This document shows, piece after piece, positions 51,400-61,795 of a stretch of 64,000 bases of DNA. A model generated the notes under the pieces. It was not told the DNA's origin and did not search any database. It worked only from the letters and a program-made list of their open reading frames with translations. Position 1 is the first letter of the stretch; the number at the start of each line of letters is the position of its first letter. This DNA comes from Kiritimatiellia bacterium (lineage in GTDB: Bacteria; Verrucomicrobiota; Kiritimatiellia; UBA8416; YA12-FULL-48-11): the NCBI GenBank assembly GCA_028716365.1, contig JAQUPZ010000001.1:839393-903392 (forward strand), given 5' to 3'. The position numbers were made by a program, and so were the translations under genes.

Positions 51400-52269
51400 A
51401 TGAATTTAATTAAAAGGCAGTTATCCATAACCAACCAAACCATAATCCTGTTCCTGTTGATTCTCAGTCTCACGTTTTCCAATACAGCGCAGGCGTTCAA
51501 GGTGTATGTGTTTACCGATATGGAAGGATGCAGTGGGATCACAGGCAGTGAACAGATCGGCGGGACGCGTAAGGATGAGGGAAAGAAATTCATGGCTGAG
51601 GACATGAATGCTTGTATCGCCGGATGTTTTGCGGCTGGTGCTACAGAGGTTGTGGTTCGGGACGGACATGGGGGCGGTACGAATGTAAATGCGAAGTTGA
51701 TTGATTCGCGCGCCAAGCTGGTCCAGGGCCCTACGCCGGGTGTGCGATTCAAGGATTTTGATGGGGCTGATGCACTTATCCTGCTGGGATATCATGCAAT
51801 GGCATTGACACCAGGAGGGGTCCTTGCACACTCCTATTCTTCGGCATCAATCCAGGGGATGTGGTTGAATGGACGAGAAGTGGGAGAGATCGGTGTGGAT
51901 GCGGCGATTGCGGCGGAACATAAAGTCCCAGTGGTGATGGTTTCGGGCGATGACAAGGTGTGTGCGGAGGCGAAGGCGTGGATTCCGGGTGTGATTACCT
52001 GTGAGGTGAAGAAAGGGACAGGTCCCCAGAGTGCGGATATTGTGCCGGTGGAAGAAGCTCATCGTCTGATTAAGCAGAAAACCGAAGAGGCACTTGCCAG
52101 GCGCAAGGACATAAAGATGATTAAAGTGAAGTATCCGGCAACGCTGCGGTGGGATTATCTTCCCAAGGGATCATTGCGTACGCATAATCCGGCATTCAAG
52201 CCGGTTGATAATCCGCGACGGGTTGAAAAGTCTGGCGACTCGGTCGAAAAGTTGCTTTTAGGGAAGTGA
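51400..52269 (+). CDS. M55 family D-aminopeptidase (DppA-like)
   Basis: A signal peptide is present. An M55 N-terminal block is present (KVYVFTDMEGCSGITG). The size is about 290 aa. Confidence 0.6.
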   Translation: MNLIKRQLSITNQTIILFLLILSLTFSNTAQAFKVYVFTDMEGCSGITGSEQIGGTRKDEGKKFMAEDMNACIAGCFAAGATEVVVRDGHGGGTNVNAKLIDSRAKLVQGPTPGVRFKDFDGADALILLGYHAMALTPGGVLAHSYSSASIQGMWLNGREVGEIGVDAAIAAEHKVPVVMVSGDDKVCAEAKAWIPGVITCEVKKGTGPQSADIVPVEEAHRLIKQKTEEALARRKDIKMIKVKYPATLRWDYLPKGSLRTHNPAFKPVDNPRRVEKSGDSVEKLLLGK

Positions 52270-52329
52270 AGTTTTCAAACCTAAAAGCGTCGCGAATTGG
52301 TCAAAACAGATCACGTGTGAACTTACCCC

Positions 52330-52510
52330 GTCTCCTTCGTTACTGAAGTCCTCGGATACCGAGAGTATCCCTTGGACTTCAGATGCCTTGGAGCCATGAC
52401 AAGTTGACGCGTTCCTGTTTTAGTCCGACGTCCGTCGGCTGACGGACGATGGGCAACACCAATTCGCGCCACGTTTACCCCGCCATGCCGAACGCATGGC
52501 GGAATAAGAG
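52330..52510. terminator. Cluster of GC-rich perfect stem-loops in convergent intergenic region
   Basis: Three stem-loops are visible: GAAGTCC...GGACTTC (52346-52380), CGTCCGTC-ggct-GACGGACG (52429-52448) and CCGCCATGC-cgaac-GCATGGCGG (52480-52502). No clean U-run follows any of them. Confidence 0.4.
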
Positions 52511-52565
52511 TAGGAGTACATAGCTGTTTATTCTCCTGACGAAAGCGAGTTTGTATTCTATTGTT

Positions 52566-55295
52566 TCAGTGTTTCATTGAGACCAGATCGCGGCGTGGAT
52601 TTTCCCAGGCCTTATTGACAGCGGTTTCGATGAGTTGAAGAATGCTTTTATAGTCTGAATCATCCTGGTTTTTGTAAACCGATTGTCCACATTTGTCCGT
52701 ACCACCCATATTTTTAGCAAGAGGTGCTTTTAGAAACAGGCTTTTTGCAGGGTTGTAAATATCGATCCAGTCCAGGCGCGAGATTTCAGAGGGTTTGTGG
52801 CATGTAACACAGCGCTTTTCATGTACAGCAGCGATCTGTTTTGCCAGTTCCATGTCGGCGGCAAGATCGTAAGCTGGTTGTTTGGGCCTCTTGTTAACAA
52901 AATGGTCATGATATGGCGCATTGGAATCTATCCACATTGTCAGTCGCAACCTGTCTTCAGCACTTAGCTTTACACGTTTGGCATGGGGTTCTTTGTTGAG
53001 CACATCAATGAGTTTGCTTTTATGTGAGCCATAGGCCAGCGGCGGCGTAACGGTTGCATCCTGCTTGCGTGCTGGTGAACACGAGACAAGGTCGTTGGCC
53101 ATGATGGTTGCATAGGCGCGGTTGTAGCCGTAGCCCGGTACTGCCAGGTCAAAGGATGTCAGGCCGCCGCAGAAATTCAAACCACCGGCTGGTTTCAATC
53201 CGCCATGACACCGCACGCAGTGCCAGTCGAGTACCGGCTGGACATCGCGCAGGAAATTGACTGTCCGGTCGCCCCATGGCGGAGGAATTAGATCAGATGG
53301 GGGTCGTTGCGCAGCAAGCGGAACAGGAGCGAGGCGCGGTACGATATTACGCGTTTCGTGGCAGCCGGCGCAGGAACGGCGTTCACCGGGTTGGAAGCTG
53401 ATGAAACTGCGCATACGGCGGAGTTCCATATGGTTCTGATCGAGCAATTGAAAATATACTGCCGTGTCCATCGGCACGCGGAAGTGCGCGCTGCCGTCGC
53501 GTTCGACAGGCACATCGCCGAGAATACGCACGGGTGTCCAGTTATCGAGAATACGCTTTTCACCGCTCGGTTTCTGACAGTTGTGGTCTTCGACATATCG
53601 CTGGCCACCGTGCTGGTTGTCGTATGGCCAGCCAACCGGCTCGGCGATGCGGAGATAGCGAATACGTTCCGGGGCTATGCCGTTACAGCCAAAACTCGCG
53701 TCACTGACAACACACGTTGCGTATGGTACATTCAAGTCCACGAGTTCAGGCAGTACGGGTGGACGCGGCCGGGCACGCAGAGGGATCGGTATAAAACACG
53801 AAATGTCCGGATCACGATAGAGCAGTTCCTTCGTGCCGAAAACATCAATGAGATACAGTGCATAACCTTTTGGATCAACTTCGCTCGCCAGTCCTGTCTT
53901 GCCGGTGCCATAACTGTAGGAAACAAGAAAAGTTTTTGCTGAGAGCGGCCACGGATACATGTAAAAGCCGCCCCGGTCGAACGCGCCACCTTCCTGCACT
54001 GGTACGCCGTCCATGCCGCCTTCGGGTGGTTTTACGCCGGGAGTAACGATGCCGATACCGCGTGGTTCGTTAATGCCGGGCGCGGTGTCAATGATTACCA
54101 CCGGCCCGGCAGCAAGTGTGTGGTGTCCGGTGGCGATGGCGACGAGTTTACGAATACTGGGAATTGAACGGACCTCTTCCAGTGCCCACGGGTTGGTAAA
54201 ATGCTGTTTGAATATCGCATCTGCGCCGGTACCGTCGGGCCGGATAAACCACAGCGACTGGATAAACGCGAAACTGCGTTCGTGATATTCCCAGCGAGTG
54301 TAGCCGATGGTACCATCATCAAGCGTGTGCGGCAGGTAGTCACCGTCTTTGTTGACACTGAGCCTACGGATACCACTGCCATCGGGTCGCATGACATAAA
54401 GATTACAACTGGTTTCATCCTTGTCGTATTCATTGCACTGGAGCGACGTACCACAACGTTCAGAGACGAATACGATGTCACCGTTGGGCGCATAGGTCGG
54501 GTCGAGATCACTCCACTCTCCGCTGGTAATCTGTCGTAGCCGGCTGCCATCCGTGCCAACCTCGAAGATGTGAATGGGCTCTTCCGAGCGCCGCAAGTCA
54601 TAATTTGTCCGGCGATCAAGCCAGCCTTCCGGTGGTTCATTACTTTTTGCCTTTGCGTAACCAAATACTATGCGACTGCCATCCCACCAGAGATCCATGC
54701 CGTGGACATGTCCCGGTCCCAATGTGCCCTTAAGAATATTTTTAGTTTGTGGCTTATTTTCCGGTCCAGTCATGGAGAGAATGCACAAATCTCCTCCGGG
54801 CCGGGAAACCCATGGCATGTGGTTCAGGCAGACATCAGGATAAGTCTGCTGCCCGAAACGTTTCACGAACAGGAGGCGATCGAAATTTAGCAATGGATTT
54901 CGGAAGGCAAGCCGGCGAAACGTCCAGCGGACATTAAGATAAAGCGCCTTCTGTGCATCGATAGAAGCAGTATTAGAAGATTGTGATGCTGCAACGCTGA
55001 ACTCTTGATCGTTAAACTCCTGTTCAAACGAAGTTGTATCAATACCCTGCTTTTTGAGATCAGCTGCCAGTAAACGTCCCCGTTCGATAAAATAATGAAT
55101 AGGTTTTTCGAATTCCGATTTCTGCTGTGCCACTCCAGTGGTATTGGTTTGTATTGAAGTAATTGGATCCCAGGCTTTGGCTTGCTTCAACCAGTCGTCT
55201 TCTATCTGGTCACGCATTGATGTTGCTGCCTGATTGATCCCGGCGGCGAACAGCATGCTGATGAGGAACAAGACATTTACTTTACATTTATTCAT
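52566..55295 (-). CDS. Secreted PD40 beta-propeller multi-heme (3x CXXCH) protein, HzsA-like family, paralog 3
   Basis: A signal peptide is present. CAGCH, CVRCH and CVTCH are present. Family motifs are conserved (TRWEYHERS, YLIDVFGTKELLY, IPIPLRARPRPP, DVPVERDGSAHF, YFQLLDQNHMELRRMRS, WIDSNAPYH). Confidence 0.8.
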   Translation of the reverse strand: MNKCKVNVLFLISMLFAAGINQAATSMRDQIEDDWLKQAKAWDPITSIQTNTTGVAQQKSEFEKPIHYFIERGRLLAADLKKQGIDTTSFEQEFNDQEFSVAASQSSNTASIDAQKALYLNVRWTFRRLAFRNPLLNFDRLLFVKRFGQQTYPDVCLNHMPWVSRPGGDLCILSMTGPENKPQTKNILKGTLGPGHVHGMDLWWDGSRIVFGYAKAKSNEPPEGWLDRRTNYDLRRSEEPIHIFEVGTDGSRLRQITSGEWSDLDPTYAPNGDIVFVSERCGTSLQCNEYDKDETSCNLYVMRPDGSGIRRLSVNKDGDYLPHTLDDGTIGYTRWEYHERSFAFIQSLWFIRPDGTGADAIFKQHFTNPWALEEVRSIPSIRKLVAIATGHHTLAAGPVVIIDTAPGINEPRGIGIVTPGVKPPEGGMDGVPVQEGGAFDRGGFYMYPWPLSAKTFLVSYSYGTGKTGLASEVDPKGYALYLIDVFGTKELLYRDPDISCFIPIPLRARPRPPVLPELVDLNVPYATCVVSDASFGCNGIAPERIRYLRIAEPVGWPYDNQHGGQRYVEDHNCQKPSGEKRILDNWTPVRILGDVPVERDGSAHFRVPMDTAVYFQLLDQNHMELRRMRSFISFQPGERRSCAGCHETRNIVPRLAPVPLAAQRPPSDLIPPPWGDRTVNFLRDVQPVLDWHCVRCHGGLKPAGGLNFCGGLTSFDLAVPGYGYNRAYATIMANDLVSCSPARKQDATVTPPLAYGSHKSKLIDVLNKEPHAKRVKLSAEDRLRLTMWIDSNAPYHDHFVNKRPKQPAYDLAADMELAKQIAAVHEKRCVTCHKPSEISRLDWIDIYNPAKSLFLKAPLAKNMGGTDKCGQSVYKNQDDSDYKSILQLIETAVNKAWENPRRDLVSMKH

Positions 55296-55304
55296 GTCAA
55301 ACTT

Positions 55305-58300
55305 TTAGTCTTCTTCCACAATTATACGGAATCCAACGTTGTAAACCCGTTGAAACTGACGGTAAGGCAGGCGGAAGCTTGAGGTACATCGGAATGGCCG
55401 GTCATACCATGAACCGCCGCGGACAACGCGTTCGGTGCCGGCAGGAACATCTTCAACCTGGTTCCGTCCATCATCATCTTTATATGGATAAGGTTTGTAA
55501 GTAGATCTGGTCCATTCCCAGGCGTTGCCATGCATATCGTGAAGACCCCATGGATTTGGTTTATATTTGCCGACTAATTCTGTCACAAAACCTCCGTCAT
55601 TAAACCTGGTGTCATGTGGTATCCAGTCATCATATTTGCCTGGATTTTTATATGCGGCAGCCTTCCAGTCCTGTGTATATGGATTACCCGCGAAATAGGA
55701 CAACATCTTATCGCCGAGATTGGCGAACAGCGAAAAATCGGTGTTGATATCACCGTACCAGAATTGGGAGGACGTACCCGCGCGACAGGCCCATTCCCAT
55801 TGTGCTTCTGTTGGTAGAGTTACTTTCTTGCCTGTTTTCCGGGAAAGCCATTTACAAAAAGCCATAGCTTCTTCCCATGATATGCGTATTGCAGGTTGAT
55901 CCGGCTGGTCCTGATCATAACCGGTGATCCCGAACTGATAGCCATGCCGGTCTTCATTCCGGCTTTCGTGTTTTGGATTGAACTGCAGGTACATGGCATT
56001 TGAGATCTCAACTTTGCTCATCCAAAATCCCTTCTTGATTTTTACCAGCGTTGCGGGACTCTCGTCAAAATGACCGGCAGTACTGCCCATAATAAATTCA
56101 CCTGCAGGTATCCACACGAGATTTGCAAAGGCCGGGTTTTCATTTAGAAGGTAAACAGTTCTACCTGGATTTTTTTCCGTCTTTTTGCACCAGACTTCTT
56201 TCCTGTCCACATCAAACAGGGAAACCGTAACGCCGGCCAGGCGTTCCATGGCGCAATCTGTTCGATTCCATATGACTAAACGTTCAATGGTTGTAACAGC
56301 GCCGAGGTCAACTTCCCACCATTCGTTTTCTCCATTGCCGGTATGGGCTAGGGAATTTTTCGCATATTCACCATCTGTATTTCCATCAACAGCACGGCTT
56401 GCCGAACAAACCCCGTAAGTGCTGGACTGTGTTGCCTTTTTCCCGACGGCAATGTTCTGTCCGCCGGCAAAAACCTGTACTTCTGCAAAATTCATCCAGC
56501 GGTTGGGGCCGGCAGTTATACGGACATAGCGGCATTGAATCGGGGTTTGTTTTTTGTCTGCCAGTGACAAATTCAGAATTCCGGAAGTACCTGATGGAAC
56601 AGTCTCTTTTTGTTTGGTTACAGCGACTGCCGTATCGAAAGGCCAACCGGAAGCGTTTTCGGTTGTTAACTGTTGCCTGCCCGAGCCGATGCTCGGTGTC
56701 GGCCAGGGATTTTTGATTTCGGATGGCTTGACTGGTGTGGAATCATATTCTGGCGTTTCAGGAATTTCTTCGTAGTTGGGGAAAGGACCCATAGATACGT
56801 ATTTCCTTCGAAACTCCTGTGCACGACCCACCACGGTTTTAACGTGAGGTTGTTTGTCGAACGGAGGGATCTCGCCCCAGGTGCCATAATAGGGAGCATT
56901 CATGTCTGTCCACGCTGTCAACCGTTCCCATGATTCTGCATCGATCTGGACACCATGATGACCTTTTCGAAGAATCTGGCCGAGTTCTGTGGAACTGAAA
57001 TGGAAATCCATGGAAGAAAACATCCGGCGATCACCTTCAATACCGGCCCGGCGTACAAATCGCTGGAGTTCAAAATAAGTTTTGGTGAATTTGCCGCCGC
57101 CGCCCCAGTGTCCGGACTGCTGGGTTTGCCAGTCTGTCAACATTTCGTCGCCTTTAAAGTTTGGTATTGGGTTGCCGTCATTTGTCTTGAGATCTTTAGA
57201 ACCGTGACATCCTGTGCAGTACCTGTTCAAGACGGGTTGAACTTCCCGCATAAAACTGAACCCGCGTGTTGGTCCATACCACGATTTGATTGTGGAAGGT
57301 TTGTTTCTAGCCGCTGACGAAGAATGGGTGATCGGGGCCTCAATTGGTGATTCATGACAGCCAATGCAGGAGACATTTTCGCCCGGCATGGCAGTGAGCC
57401 ATGAACGCATCAACTGAAGGGCCTGGCCTTTTTCGTCAAGCGGCTGAATTGCCAGCGGCGTGTTTGCCGGGATGATGAAATATGCGGAGCCGTCAGGTTC
57501 AACCGGGACTGTTCCGATTATGCGCTTGATGTCCCAGGGACCATCGAAGCCGAGAGTTCCGTAAAGCCCGCCCATTCCGCGGTGAGAGAAATAGTATTCA
57601 TATATTCTGAGTCGTTTGACTGTTCCGCGCGCCACGCCTTCAAGGCCGGGACCGGCATGGATATCGATTATATGAGCAGTAGCGGTGTCAATGGCGAGAT
57701 TGATACGCGGCGGTATGGTGATAGGTTCTGTAGTTTTCTGAACAGCAATCGGTTGTAAAAGGGCGGAACCTTCAATTTCTTTGATGAGCGTCAGGTTGTC
57801 GAAAGTGTCTGCCAGATAGATACCCCAGAGACCATCGGATTGCAGCATTATTGATACGATATGGTATTTCTCGCTTAGCGGAAATGGAGTCAGGAATTGC
57901 GGCCAGACACCATTTACAAGGGTGTCTCTGACCAGCGGTTCTGTGTGTTTACCGTAGCCGGGGATTTCCTGGACTATTCCATCTCCATCACGCTGGCCCT
58001 GTGCCGGATCGAGAATTAACAGTCTACCGGCCCGTGCAACACCATGATGGCCTGATGCTATTCCTATTATATGCCGTGGGTTGCCGGGGAGGGGACGGGC
58101 ATAAAAGAAGGAACCAGGGAAGAATGATCCGCTCCGGGAATAAGCGCGCTGATCGGTTCCATCAGGGTTCATGTGGAAAATCATGCGCGAATTGGCATGG
58201 GCGGCATCCGTGTATTCCCAGCGCTGGTATAGAATGCGACCGTTGGGAAGCACAACAGGACTCCAGTCGTGCTCCTGTTCGAATGTCAACTGGCGGATTG

Positions 58301-59474
58301 TGCCGGAACGCGTATCGAGGCGGTAGAAGTTGGCTATATGTGAACTACCAAAAACACATGGTACGCCAAGAAAAGTGGCGGTGGAACTGAAGAGAATATC
58401 TCCTCCCGGAAGATAACAGCCTTCATAATTATCAACATCATTGTCGATATTTGGCGTGACCTGGCGCAGGTTTTTTCCATCGAGTCCGATCTCAAACACC
58501 TGGTAGCAGCCGTTTGTACCTATTGAAGAAAAGAGAAGCCGGTCGGCATTGAAATGAAGACAAAGGTCACCTGCAAATCCACCATCGCCCGGTTTATAAA
58601 GTGTGGTTAATTTTGCTTCAGGATCCTTCAGGGACATGGACATAATTTCATTGTCGTAACCTTTTTTGGGTAATGAACTATTACCCTGCCAGTTTTGCGG
58701 CAGGCCCGGATGGCCTGAGAGTCCGCGACGGACTAAAATTATTTTATCAAATTCCAGAAGTGGATTAGCGAGCAGGGCAGAACGTACAGCGTTAGCCAGC
58801 TTGTCTGCTTCTGCAAGTGCCTCTGGTTCTGATTCCTTTAATGACTGTAATAGGACATCACGTTTCTGTTTGAATTCATCTAGGCTCTTCAGATGGGGCG
58901 TTGCATTGTATTTATCCGGCCATGTCTTCGCCATGTCGAAAATGGCGCGACCAACTGCCTCGATGTTTATGGATTCGATGCGGCGGATGGTGTCGCTGAA
59001 TTGCATGGATTTCCTGTAAATCTCCCGTACCTGCATCAGTTGGGTTAGGGATGTTGTGGATTCAGCTATTGTTGTTGCTTCCTTTGTTAAGGTTGCGTTG
59101 CAGGCACGGACATAACGCCGGGCCAGTTCACGGAAATCACCCGGTTTCCAGTCGGCGGACCAGACCGTGGTTATCTCGGTTTTGTATAACCGGTCTTTCA
59201 GCATTTCGGGGAAATCACGTTTCAACATGTTGGAAAGCTGTTCGCGTGCATTACGAAGTTGAGTTTGTGCTTTTATATCATCGGCCTTGACTGGAGCCTG
59301 GCTGGCAAGCGCTTCCCGGGCGGCACGCATCGTTTCCAGCCAGGTATCTTTTTTTTCGTACCAGGATGGGTCTTTGGCGAGGGCAGGGGTTGACGTCATC
59401 ATGATAATGGTTATTGCAATGAGAAAAGCCATGATGTCCTTTAATCTCTGGAGAGTAATTCTGCCGTATTTCAT
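55305..59474 (-). CDS. Secreted HzsA-like PD40 beta-propeller di-heme protein (paralog 4) fused to an F5/8 discoidin domain and a C-terminal FGE-sulfatase (SUMF1-like) domain
   Basis: A signal peptide is present. CIGCH and CTGCH are present, with the family motifs. The discoidin-like block is at approx nt 56234-56684. The FGE-like block is at approx 55305-56180 (LPTEAQWEWACRAG, NPWGLHDMHGNAWEWT, RGGSWYDRPFRC, GFRII). The start codon overlaps the IclR stop (ATGA). Confidence 0.75.
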   Translation of the reverse strand: MKYGRITLQRLKDIMAFLIAITIIMMTSTPALAKDPSWYEKKDTWLETMRAAREALASQAPVKADDIKAQTQLRNAREQLSNMLKRDFPEMLKDRLYKTEITTVWSADWKPGDFRELARRYVRACNATLTKEATTIAESTTSLTQLMQVREIYRKSMQFSDTIRRIESINIEAVGRAIFDMAKTWPDKYNATPHLKSLDEFKQKRDVLLQSLKESEPEALAEADKLANAVRSALLANPLLEFDKIILVRRGLSGHPGLPQNWQGNSSLPKKGYDNEIMSMSLKDPEAKLTTLYKPGDGGFAGDLCLHFNADRLLFSSIGTNGCYQVFEIGLDGKNLRQVTPNIDNDVDNYEGCYLPGGDILFSSTATFLGVPCVFGSSHIANFYRLDTRSGTIRQLTFEQEHDWSPVVLPNGRILYQRWEYTDAAHANSRMIFHMNPDGTDQRAYSRSGSFFPGSFFYARPLPGNPRHIIGIASGHHGVARAGRLLILDPAQGQRDGDGIVQEIPGYGKHTEPLVRDTLVNGVWPQFLTPFPLSEKYHIVSIMLQSDGLWGIYLADTFDNLTLIKEIEGSALLQPIAVQKTTEPITIPPRINLAIDTATAHIIDIHAGPGLEGVARGTVKRLRIYEYYFSHRGMGGLYGTLGFDGPWDIKRIIGTVPVEPDGSAYFIIPANTPLAIQPLDEKGQALQLMRSWLTAMPGENVSCIGCHESPIEAPITHSSSAARNKPSTIKSWYGPTRGFSFMREVQPVLNRYCTGCHGSKDLKTNDGNPIPNFKGDEMLTDWQTQQSGHWGGGGKFTKTYFELQRFVRRAGIEGDRRMFSSMDFHFSSTELGQILRKGHHGVQIDAESWERLTAWTDMNAPYYGTWGEIPPFDKQPHVKTVVGRAQEFRRKYVSMGPFPNYEEIPETPEYDSTPVKPSEIKNPWPTPSIGSGRQQLTTENASGWPFDTAVAVTKQKETVPSGTSGILNLSLADKKQTPIQCRYVRITAGPNRWMNFAEVQVFAGGQNIAVGKKATQSSTYGVCSASRAVDGNTDGEYAKNSLAHTGNGENEWWEVDLGAVTTIERLVIWNRTDCAMERLAGVTVSLFDVDRKEVWCKKTEKNPGRTVYLLNENPAFANLVWIPAGEFIMGSTAGHFDESPATLVKIKKGFWMSKVEISNAMYLQFNPKHESRNEDRHGYQFGITGYDQDQPDQPAIRISWEEAMAFCKWLSRKTGKKVTLPTEAQWEWACRAGTSSQFWYGDINTDFSLFANLGDKMLSYFAGNPYTQDWKAAAYKNPGKYDDWIPHDTRFNDGGFVTELVGKYKPNPWGLHDMHGNAWEWTRSTYKPYPYKDDDGRNQVEDVPAGTERVVRGGSWYDRPFRCTSSFRLPYRQFQRVYNVGFRIIVEED

Positions 59475-60313
59475 GATGCCATCTCCATTTTTTCGTTTTG
59501 ACTGTCGTTATGGTTCAACCCGTAGCCTAACCTTCTGGAGATTTCGGCGGTATACTTTTTCATGAGCGTGCCGATGCGGGGAAAAGCGGAGATGGGCATC
59601 CGTTCTGCTGGACCTGTTGTCGTTATGGCCGCGACTGGATACCCCTGGTAATTTAGCACAGGCGTGGCAACACAATGCACTCCGTGCAGCGCTTCGGCAC
59701 GGTCGACAGCGTAACCGTTACAACGTGCCATTGCCAGTTCGTTTATGAAATCTTTACGACAGGTGATTGTCGTGGCGGTCATGCGTTTGAACGAAATTCC
59801 TTTAATAATGTCTTCTCGTTCTTTTGCCGGAAGAAATGCGAAAATAATTTTCGTGGAGGCAGAGGCGTAGATGACGGGTTGACGCGTGCCGGGATCGCAT
59901 ACAAAACGAAATGGATGAAGTCCCTGGACCTGTTCCAGAACGATACCTTCGCCGCGGTCAAAAATACTGATAACGACGGTTTCTGTGATCATGTCCCGGA
60001 GACGGCGCATAACATCCAGGGAGGACTCCATCAAAGTACGGTCCTGGGCAGAGCCGTAAGCGAAGGTGACCATTTTCCTGCTCAGCAGGTAACGAAGGGA
60101 GTCGGTGTCACGTGTTATATATTCGTGTACGCTTAAGGTGTTGAGAATTCGATATACCGTGTTTTTAGGAAAGTGGAGTTCTCGTGCGATTTCGCTGAGG
60201 GTAAGTCCCTGAGGATGAAGGCGAAGATGGTCGAGAATGGTCAGTGTGCGATGAAGTATCGGTACTCCGGTCCCTCCTTTTCCCGCGGGAGATTTCTTTG
60301 TGGCTGGTTTCAT
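59471..60313 (-). CDS. IclR family transcriptional regulator
   Basis: An N-terminal wHTH is present (LTLSEIARELHFPKNTVYRILNTL) with an IclR effector domain. A strong SD (AGGTGG) lies 4 nt before the ATG at 60313. Confidence 0.8.
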   Translation of the reverse strand: MKPATKKSPAGKGGTGVPILHRTLTILDHLRLHPQGLTLSEIARELHFPKNTVYRILNTLSVHEYITRDTDSLRYLLSRKMVTFAYGSAQDRTLMESSLDVMRRLRDMITETVVISIFDRGEGIVLEQVQGLHPFRFVCDPGTRQPVIYASASTKIIFAFLPAKEREDIIKGISFKRMTATTITCRKDFINELAMARCNGYAVDRAEALHGVHCVATPVLNYQGYPVAAITTTGPAERMPISAFPRIGTLMKKYTAEISRRLGYGLNHNDSQNEKMEMAS

Positions 60314-60396
60314 AGGTCCACCTTGTTCCTTAGATGGTCTAATGTTCCTGTATTGGTACGATAATTCTGGTGCCAGGTCAACCAAAATTATTGAAT

Positions 60397-60428
60397 AAAA
60401 AAAGGGCCCTCGATTGAGGGCCCTTGTT
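60397..60428 (-). terminator. Rho-independent terminator of the permease gene
   Basis: The stem is GGGCCCTC-gatt-GAGGGCCC. On the minus strand it is followed by a 7-nt U-run. It lies 23 nt downstream of the minus-strand stop codon at 60446. Confidence 0.7.
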
Positions 60429-60445
60429 ACTGACAGTTTCTGATG

Positions 60446-61795
60446 TCAATGTCCGCCGCGGGTTGGATCCACATGCATGGATTCCGCCTTGCTGAACTTG
60501 GGCCAGAAGTAACCATAGAAGGAAACAAATGCAAAGCAACCCAGCGGTACGATGAATGCACGTGACATGTCGTACAAGTCGCCAACATGCCCCATCAGTT
60601 TAGGGAGAATTGCACCCCCCATGATTGCCATTACAATATAAGATGAAGCTTTCTTTGCTCTTGCACCGAGCCCGTAAATCCCGAGAGCAAAAATCGTCGG
60701 GAACATGATGGACATGAAGAAATAGCTGAGGAATACACAAACTACAGAGATCCATCCAAGCTTCAGGAACACGAGAAGGCAGGCCATGACGTTCATGAGA
60801 CCGTAAAGGCCAAGGACCTTGTGAGCTGAGAATGTTCTAAGAATGGCAGCGCCGGAGAAGCGGCCTATAAGGAAGCATACAAAACCTACAGAGGCCAGCT
60901 TTGCAGCGCCCTGGTCGGTCAGCCTGACGGCTCCTCCTGCTGTGCCTGGTTCAAGCCAGCTTTTCAAAAAACCGGAAGTCCAGGATTCAGGTAATGGAGG
61001 TACCTGTGAAGTCATGTAATTGATGAAGAAACTGAATATACCGGCCTGGGCAGCAACATACAGGAATTGTGCAATTACGGCCAATACGAAGTGAGGATGA
61101 GTCCAGATTGAATGTGAAACGTTCGGAGCAGAATCATCCAGGTGGTAAGTATCCTCTGTTTTGATGTCGGGAACGTTGGCAAAATAAAATATTATTGCCA
61201 GAACAAGCACAACTACGCCTACAGCTGCGTATGGTATCCAAAGTGTTGCAGACCCGGTGCTTTGACCGCTTGAGTCTTTTCCATAGAAGAACGCGGCACC
61301 AGCGATTGGGCCAAAAATCCAGCCGATACCGTTACAGGACTGTGCGAGGTTGATACGAGTTGCCGCGTAACGCTTGTCGCCCAGCACGGTGGTATACGGA
61401 TTGGCGATCGTTTCAAGGAAAGTGAGACCAGCGGCGATGACGCAAACTCCCAACAGGAAGGCCCAGAAGGAAGCGATTTTAGTCGCGGGGATAAACCAGA
61501 ATCCGCCGACGGCCACCATAAGGAGTCCGGCAATAATACCGCCTTTGTAACCCAGTTTGGTTGCCAGCCAGCCTGCTGGAATTGCCATGAGAAAATATCC
61601 AAGATAATGTGCGAACTGTACCCATGCAGATTGGGCAAGTGAAAGCTTAAGTTCCGTCTGGAAATGCTTATCCATCACGTCGATCATACCGTTGCAGAAT
61701 CCCCAGAGGAGGAACAACGAGCTTACAAGGATGAATGTGACCACTACGTTCCTTCCGTCATCCGTTACGAACATGCTCTTTTTTTCTGTACTCAT
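60446..61795 (-). CDS. fucP: MFS sugar:H+ symporter, FucP/glucose-galactose (GGP) family
   Basis: A 12-TM profile is present. A FucP-family N-terminal block is present (LLWGFCNGMIDVMDKHFQ). Confidence 0.7.
   Translation of the reverse strand: MSTEKKSMFVTDDGRNVVVTFILVSSLFLLWGFCNGMIDVMDKHFQTELKLSLAQSAWVQFAHYLGYFLMAIPAGWLATKLGYKGGIIAGLLMVAVGGFWFIPATKIASFWAFLLGVCVIAAGLTFLETIANPYTTVLGDKRYAATRINLAQSCNGIGWIFGPIAGAAFFYGKDSSGQSTGSATLWIPYAAVGVVVLVLAIIFYFANVPDIKTEDTYHLDDSAPNVSHSIWTHPHFVLAVIAQFLYVAAQAGIFSFFINYMTSQVPPLPESWTSGFLKSWLEPGTAGGAVRLTDQGAAKLASVGFVCFLIGRFSGAAILRTFSAHKVLGLYGLMNVMACLLVFLKLGWISVVCVFLSYFFMSIMFPTIFALGIYGLGARAKKASSYIVMAIMGGAILPKLMGHVGDLYDMSRAFIVPLGCFAFVSFYGYFWPKFSKAESMHVDPTRGGH

Noticed and set aside
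55305-56180. Calling the C-terminal FGE-fold domain a bona fide formylglycine-generating enzyme that matures the nearby sulfatase.
   Set aside because: Only one of the two catalytic cysteines is visible. The domain is on a Sec-exported protein, whereas Tat sulfatases are modified before export. The FGE fold is also used by non-FGE enzymes (EgtB, PvdO, NirV-like). I kept it as a fold-level call only.
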